The notes beneath the pieces were generated by a model that searched no databases, was not told the DNA's origin, and saw only the letters and a program-made list of their open reading frames with translations. Of a DNA stretch of 64,000 bases, positions 56,601 to 64,000 are shown piece after piece; the first letter of the stretch is position 1, and each line of letters opens with the position of its first letter. This stretch comes from the human T2T-CHM13v2.0 reference genome, Homo sapiens: NCBI RefSeq assembly GCF_009914755.1, contig NC_060925.1; one strand, given 5' to 3'. The position numbers were made by a program, and so were the translations under genes.

Positions 56601-59600
56601 GAATCATCATCAAATGGAATCTAATGGAATCATTGAACAGAATTGAATGGAATCGTCATCGAATGAATTGAATGCAATCATCGAATGGTCTCGAATGGAA
56701 TCATCTTCTAATGGAAAGGAATGGAATCATCGCATAGAATCGAATGGAATTATCATCGAATGGAATCGAATGGTATCAACACCAAACGGAAAAAAACGGA
56801 ATTATCGAATGGAATCGAAGAGAATCTTCGAACGGACCCGAATGGAATCATCTAATGGAATGGAATGGAATAATCCATGGACTCGAATGCAATCATCATC
56901 GAATGGAATGGAATGGAATCATCGAATGGACTCGAATGGAATAATCATTGAACGGAATCGAATGGAATCATCATCGGATGGAAACGAATGGAATCATCAT
57001 CGAATGGAAATGAAAGGAGTCATCATCTAATGGAATTGCATGGAATCATCATAAAATGGAATCGAATGGAATCAACATCAAATGGAATCAAATGGAATCA
57101 TTGAACGGAATTGAATGGAATCGTCATCGAATGAATTGACTGCAATCATCGAATGGTCTCGAATGGAATCATCTTCAAATGGAATGGAATGGAATCATCG
57201 CATAGAATCGAATGGAATTATCATCGAATGGAATCGAATGGAATCAACATCAAACGGAAAAAAACGGAATTATCGAATGGAATCGAAGAGAATCATCGAA
57301 TGGACCCGAATGGAATCATCTAATGGAATGGAATGGAATAATCCATGGACTCGAATGCAATCATCATCGAATGGAATCGAATGGAATCATCGAATGGACT
57401 CGAATGGAATAATCATTGAACGGAATCGAATGGAATCATCATTGGATGGAAATGAATGGAATCATCATCGAATGGAATCGAATAGAATTATGGAATGAAA
57501 TCCAGTGTGATCATCATCGAATGGACCCAAATGGAATCATCATCTAACGGAAGCTAATGGAATCAACATCGAATGAATCGAATGGAAACACCATCGAATT
57601 GAAACGAATGGAATTATCATGAAATTGAAATGGATGGACTCATCATCGAATGGATTCGAATGGAATCATCGAATAAAATTGATTGAAATCATCATCGAAT
57701 GGAATCGAATGGTATCATTGAATGGAATCGAATGGAATCATCATCAGATGGAAATGAATGGAATCGTCATAGAATGGAATCGAATGGATTCATTGAATGG
57801 AATCAGATGGAATCATCGAATGGACTGGAATGGAATCATTGAATGGACTCGAAAGGGATCATTATTGAATGGAATTGAATGGAATCATCGAATGGTCTCG
57901 ATTGGAATCATTATCAAATGGAATCGAATGGAATCACCGAATAGAATCGAATGGAACAATCATCGAATGGACTCAAATGGAATTATCCTCAAATGGAATC
58001 GAATGGAATTATCGAATGCAATCGAATGGAATTATCGAATGCAATCGAATAGAATCATCGAATGGACTCGAATGGAATCATCGAATGGAATGGAATGGAA
58101 CAGTCAATGAACTCGAATGGAATCATCATTGAATGGAATCGAATGGAATCATCGAGTGGAATCGAATGGAATTATGATCAAATGGAATCGAATGTAATCC
58201 TCATCAAATGGAATCAAAAATAACCATCATCAATTGGTATTGAATGGAATTGTCATCAAATGGAATTCAAAGGAATCATCATCAAATGGAACCGAATGGA
58301 ATCCTCATTGAATGGAAATGAAAGGGGTCATCATCTAATGGAATCGCATGGAATCATCATCAAATGGAATCGAATGGAATCATCATCAAATGGAATCTAA
58401 TGGAATCATTGAACAGAATTGAATGGAATCGTCATCGAATGAATTGAATGCAATCATCGAATGGTCTCGAATGGAATCATCTTCTAATGGAAAGGAATGG
58501 AATCATCGCATAGAATCGAATGGAATTATCATCGAATGGAATCGAATGGTATCAACACCAAACGGAAAAAAACGGAATTATCGAATGGAATCGAAGAGAA
58601 TCTTCGAACGGACCCGAATGGAATCATCTAATGGAATGGAATGGAATAATCCATGGACTCGAATGCAATCATCATCGAATGGAATGGAATGGAATCATCG
58701 AATGGACTCGAATGGAATAATCATTGAACGGAATCGAATGGAATCATCATCGGATGGAAACGAATGGAATCATCATCGAATGGAAATGAAAGGAGTCATC
58801 ATCTAATGGAATTGCATGGAATCATCATAAAATGGAATCGAATGGAATCAACATCAAATGGAATCAAATGGAATCATTGAACGCAATTGAATGGAATCGT
58901 CATCGAATGAATTGACTGCAATCATCGAATGGTCTCGAATGGAATCATCTTCAAATGGAATGGAATGGAATCATCGCATAGAATCGAATGGAATTATCAT
59001 CGAATGGAATCGAATGGAATCAACATCAAACGGAAAAAAACGGAATTATCGAATGGAATCGAAGAGAATCATCGAATGGACCCGAATGGAATCATCTAAT
59101 GGAATGGAATGGAATAATCCATGGACTCGAATGCAATCATCATCGAATGGAATCGAATGGAATCATCGAATGGACTCGAATGGAATAATCATTGAACGGA
59201 ATCGAATGGAATCATCATTGGATGGAAATGAATGGAATCATCATCGAATGGAATCGAATAGAATTATGGAATGAAATCCAGTGTGATCATCATCGAATGG
59301 ACCCGAATGGAATCATCATCCAACGGAAGCTAATGGAATCAACATCGAATGAATCGAATGGAAACACCATCGAATTGAAACGAATGGAATTATCATGAAA
59401 TTGAAATGGATGGACTCATCATCGAATGGATTCGAATGGAATCATCGAATAAAATTGATTGAAATCATCATCCAATGGAATCGAATGGTATCATTGAATG
59501 GAATCGAATGGAATCATCATCAGATGGAAATGAATGGAATCGTCATAGAATGGAATCGAATGGATTCATTGAATGGAATCAGATGGAATCATCGAATGGA

Positions 59601-62600
59601 CTGGAATGGAATCATTGAATGGACTCGAAAGGGATCATTATTGAATGGAATTGAATGGAATCATCGAATGGTCTCGATTGGAATCATTATCAAATGGAAT
59701 CGAATGGAATCACCGAATAGAATCGAATGGAACAATCATCGAATGGACTCAAATGGAATTATCCTCAAATGGAATCGAATGGAATTATCGAATGCAATCG
59801 AATGGAATTATCGAATGCAATCGAATAGAATCATCGAATGGACTCGAATGGAATCATCGAATGGAATGGAATGGAACAGTCAATGAACTCGAATGGAATC
59901 ATCATTGAATGGAATCGAATGGAATCATCGAGTGGAATCGAATGGAATTATGATCAAATGGAATCGAATGTAATCCTCATCAAATGGAATCAAAAATAAC
60001 CATCATCAATTGGTATTGAATGGAATTGTCATCAAATGGAATTCAAAGGAATCATCATCAAATGGAACCGAATGGAATCCTCATTGAATGGAAATGAAAG
60101 GGGTCATCATCTAATGGAATCGCATGGAATCATCATCAAATGGAATCGAATGGAATCATCATCAAATGGAATCTAATGGAATCATTGAACAGAATTGAAT
60201 GGAATCGTCATCGAATGAATTGAATGCAATCATCGAATGGTCTCGAATGGAATCATCTTCTAATGGAAAGGAATGGAATCATCGCATAGAATCGAATGGA
60301 ATTATCATCGAATGGAATCGAATGGTATCAACACCAAACGGAAAAAAACGGAATTATCGAATGGAATCGAAGAGAATCTTCGAACGGACCCGAATGGAAT
60401 CATCTAATGGAATGGAATGGAATAATCCATGGACTCGAATGCAATCATCATCGAATGGAATGGAATGGAATCATCGAATGGACTCGAATGGAATAATCAT
60501 TGAACGGAATCGAATGGAATCATCATCGGATGGAAACGAATGGAATCATCATCGAATGGAAATGAAAGGAGTCATCATCTAATGGAATTGCATGGAATCA
60601 TCATAAAATGGAATCGAATGGAATCAACATCAAATGGAATCAAATGGAATCATTGAACGCAATTGAATGGAATCGTCATCGAATGAATTGACTGCAATCA
60701 TCGAATGGTCTCGAATGGAATCATCTTCAAATGGAATGGAATGGAATCATCGCATAGAATCGAATGGAATTATCATCGAATGGAATCGAATGGAATCAAC
60801 ATCAAACGGAAAAAAACGGAATTATCGAATGGAATCGAAGAGAATCATCGAATGGACCCGAATGGAATCATCTAATGGAATGGAATGGAATAATCCATGG
60901 ACTCGAATGCAATCATCATCGAATGGAATCGAATGGAATCATCGAATGGACTCGAATGGAATAATCATTGAACGGAATCGAATGGAATCATCATTGGATG
61001 GAAATGAATGGAATCATCATCGAATGGAATCGAATAGAATTATGGAATGAAATCCAGTGTGATCATCATCGAATGGACCCGAATGGAATCATCATCCAAC
61101 GGAAGCTAATGGAATCAACATCGAATGAATCGAATGGAAACACCATCGAATTGAAACGAATGGAATTATCATGAAATTGAAATGGATGGACTCATCATCG
61201 AATGGATTCGAATGGAATCATCGAATAAAATTGATTGAAATCATCATCGAATGGAATCGAATGGTATCATTGAATGGAATCGAATGGAATCATCATCAGA
61301 TGGAAATGAATGGAATCGTCATAGAATGGAATCGAATGGATTCATTGAATGGAATCAGATGGAATCATCGAATGGACTGGAATGGAATCATTGAATGGAC
61401 TCGAAAGGGATCATTATTGAATGGAATTGAATGGAATCATCGAATGGTCTCGATTGGAATCATTATCAAATGGAATGGAATGGAATCACCGAATAGAATC
61501 GAATGGAACAATCATCGAATGGACTCAAATGGAATTATCCTCAAATGGAATCGAATGGAATTATCGAATGCAATCGAATGGAATTATCGAATGCAATCGA
61601 ATAGAATCATCGAATGGACTCGAATGGAATCATCGAATGGAATGGAATGGAACAGTCAATGAACTCGAATGGAATCATCATTGAATGGAATCGAATGGAA
61701 TCATCGAGTGGAATCGAATGGAATTATGATCAAATGGAATCGAATGTAATCCTCATCAAATGGAATCAAAAATAACCATCATCAATTGGTATTGAATGGA
61801 ATTGTCATCAAATGGAATTCAAAGGAATCATCATCAAATGGAACCGAATGGAATCCTCATTGAATGGAAATGAAAGGGGTCATCATCTAATGGAATCGCA
61901 TGGAATCATCATCAAATGGAATCGAATGGAATCATCATCAAATGGAATCTAATGGAATCATTGAACAGAATTGAATGGAATCGTCATCGAATGAATTGAA
62001 TGCAATCATCGAATGGTCTCGAAAGGAATCATCTTCTAATGGAAAGGAATGGAATCATCGCATAGAATCGAATGGAATTATCATCGAATGGAATCGAATG
62101 GTATCAACACCAAACGGAAAAAAACGGAATTATCGAATGGAATCGAAGAGAATCTTCGAACGGACACGAATGGAATCATCTAATGGAATGGAATGGAATA
62201 ATCCATGGACTCGAATGCAATCATCATCGAATGGAATGGAATGGAATCATCGAATGGACTCGAATGGAATAATCATTGAACGGAATCGAATGGAATCATC
62301 ATCGGATGGAAACGAATGGAATCATCATCGAATGGAAATGAAAGGAGTCATCATCTAATGGAATTGCATGGAATCATCATAAAATGGAATCGAATGGAAT
62401 CAACATCAAATGGAATCAAATGGAATCATTGAACGCAATTGAATGGAATCGTCATCGAATGAATTGACTGCAATCATCGAATGGTCTCGAATGGAATCAT
62501 CTTCAAATGGAATGGAATGGAATCATCGCATAGAATCGAATGGAATTATCATCGAATGGAATCGAATGGAATCAACATCAAACGGAAAAAAACGGAATTA

Positions 62601-64000
62601 TCGAATGGAATCGAAGAGAATCATCGAATGGACCCGAATGGAATCATCTAATGGAATGGAATGGAATAATCCATGGACTCGAATGCAATCATCATCGAAT
62701 GGAATCGAATGGAATCATCGAATGGACTCGAATGGAATAATCATTGAACGGAATCGAATGGAATCATCATCGGATGGAAATGAATGGAATCATCATCGAA
62801 TGGAATCGAATAGAATTATGGAATGAAATCCAGTGTGATCATCATCGAATGGACCCGAATGGAATCATCATCCAACGGAAGCTAATGGAATCAACATCGA
62901 ATGAATCGAATGGAAACACCATCGAATTGAAACGAATGGAATTATCATGAAATTGAAATGGATGGACTCATCATCGAATGGATTCGAATGGAATCATCGA
63001 ATAAAATTGATTGAAATCATCATCCAATGGAATCGAATGGAATCATCATCAGATGGAAATGAATGGAATCGTCATAGAATGGAATCGAATGGATTCATTG
63101 AATGGAATCAGATGGAATCATCGAATGGACTGGAATGGAATCATTGAATGGACTCGAAAGGGATCATTATTGAATGGAATTGAATGGAATCATCGAATGG
63201 TCTCGATTGCAATCATTATCAAATGGAATCGAATGGAATCACCGAATAGAATCGAATGGAACAATCATCGAATGGACTCAAATGGAATTATCCTCCAATG
63301 GAATCGAATGGAATTATCGAATGCAATCGAATAGAATCATCGAATGGACTCGAATGGAATCATCGAATGGAATGGAATGGAACAGTCAATGAACTCGAAT
63401 GGAATCATCATTGAATGGAATCGAATGGAATCATCGAGTGGAATCGAATGGAATTATGATCAAATGGAATCGAATGTAATCCTCATCAAATGGAATCAAA
63501 AATAACCATCATCAATTGGTATTGAATGGAATTGTCATCAAATGGAATTCAAAGGAATCATCATCAAATGGAACCGAATGGAATCCTCATTGAATGGAAA
63601 TGAAAGGGGTCATCATCTAATGGAATCGCATGGAATCATCATCAAATGGAATCGAATGGAATCATCATCAAATGGAATCTAATGGAATCATTGAACAGAA
63701 TTGAATGGAATCGTCATCGAATGAATTGAATGCAATCATCGAATGGTCTCAAATGGAATCATCTTCTAATGGAAAGGAATGGAATCATCGCATAGAATCG
63801 AATGGAATTATCATCGAATGGAATCGAATGGTATCAACACCAAACGGAAAAAAACGGAATTATCGAATGGAATCGAAGAGAATCTTCGAACGGACCCGAA
63901 TGGAATCATCTAATGGAATGGAATGGAATAATCCATGGACTCGAATGCAATCATCATCGAATGGAATGGAATGGAATCATCGAATGGACTCGAATGGAAT

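Larger units (their letters stand above)
1..64000 (+). repeat. Human satellite II (HSat2/HSATII) tandem array, 1,776-bp higher-order unit, probably the chr1q12 1.77-kb family
   Basis: The sequence is continuous GAATG/GAATC pentamer-derived DNA with ATCATCGAATGGAATCGAATGG monomers and dense TCGA sites. This is HSat2-like rather than the purer (GGAAT)n of HSat3. A unique landmark (ATGAAATTGAAATGGATGGAC) occurs 36 times, mostly exactly 1,776 bp apart (5370, 7146, 8922, 10698 ...). The array runs off both window ends. Confidence 0.97.

Noticed and set aside
318-63392. Hundreds of + strand ORFs (63-163 aa, MESSSNG/IIEWNR-rich)
   Set aside because: They are translations of a pentamer-derived repeat rich in ATG. 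Overlapping frames give the same low-complexity peptides, and stops appear and disappear with single variants. There is no recognisable domain or gene structure.
1-64000. CRISPR-like repeat/spacer periodicity
   Set aside because: There are no unique spacers, leader or cas genes. All intervening sequence is itself repeated satellite.
1-64000. HSat3, alpha satellite or telomeric identity
   Set aside because: GGAAT runs are short and interrupted by ATCATCG. There is no 171-bp period and no TTAGGG tract.
1-64000. Inversion, transposon insertion or unique embedded sequence
   Set aside because: I saw no CATTC-strand switch, Alu/L1 sequence or poly(A) tail. Landmark spacings are fully explained by the listed duplications and deletions.

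Overview
The whole 64 kb window is one uninterrupted, single-orientation array of human classical satellite II (HSat2/HSATII). The GGAAT/GAATG-rich strand is +. It is built from degenerate ~23/26-bp monomers (GAATGGAATCGAATGGAATCATC[ATC]) arranged in a 1,776-bp higher-order unit with one canonical EcoRI site per unit. That matches the known 1.77-kb HSat2 repeat of chromosome 1q12 (pUC1.77-type); the chromosome assignment is inference. About 36 units are present. I see no genes, RNA genes, transposon insertions, inversions or CRISPR arrays, and the supplied ORFs are translation by-products of the satellite. I found no evidence for a new protein-based system. The interest is in array architecture: a 468-bp internal duplication in each unit; a diverged, rearranged first ~4.8 kb; nested super-periods of 3,552, 5,328, 6,613 and 8,857 bp; a 1,308-bp collapsed unit beside a cluster of private mutations; monomer-sized 23/26-bp deletions; and variants that sweep locally at the right end. 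Variants were read by eye, so counts are minimums.
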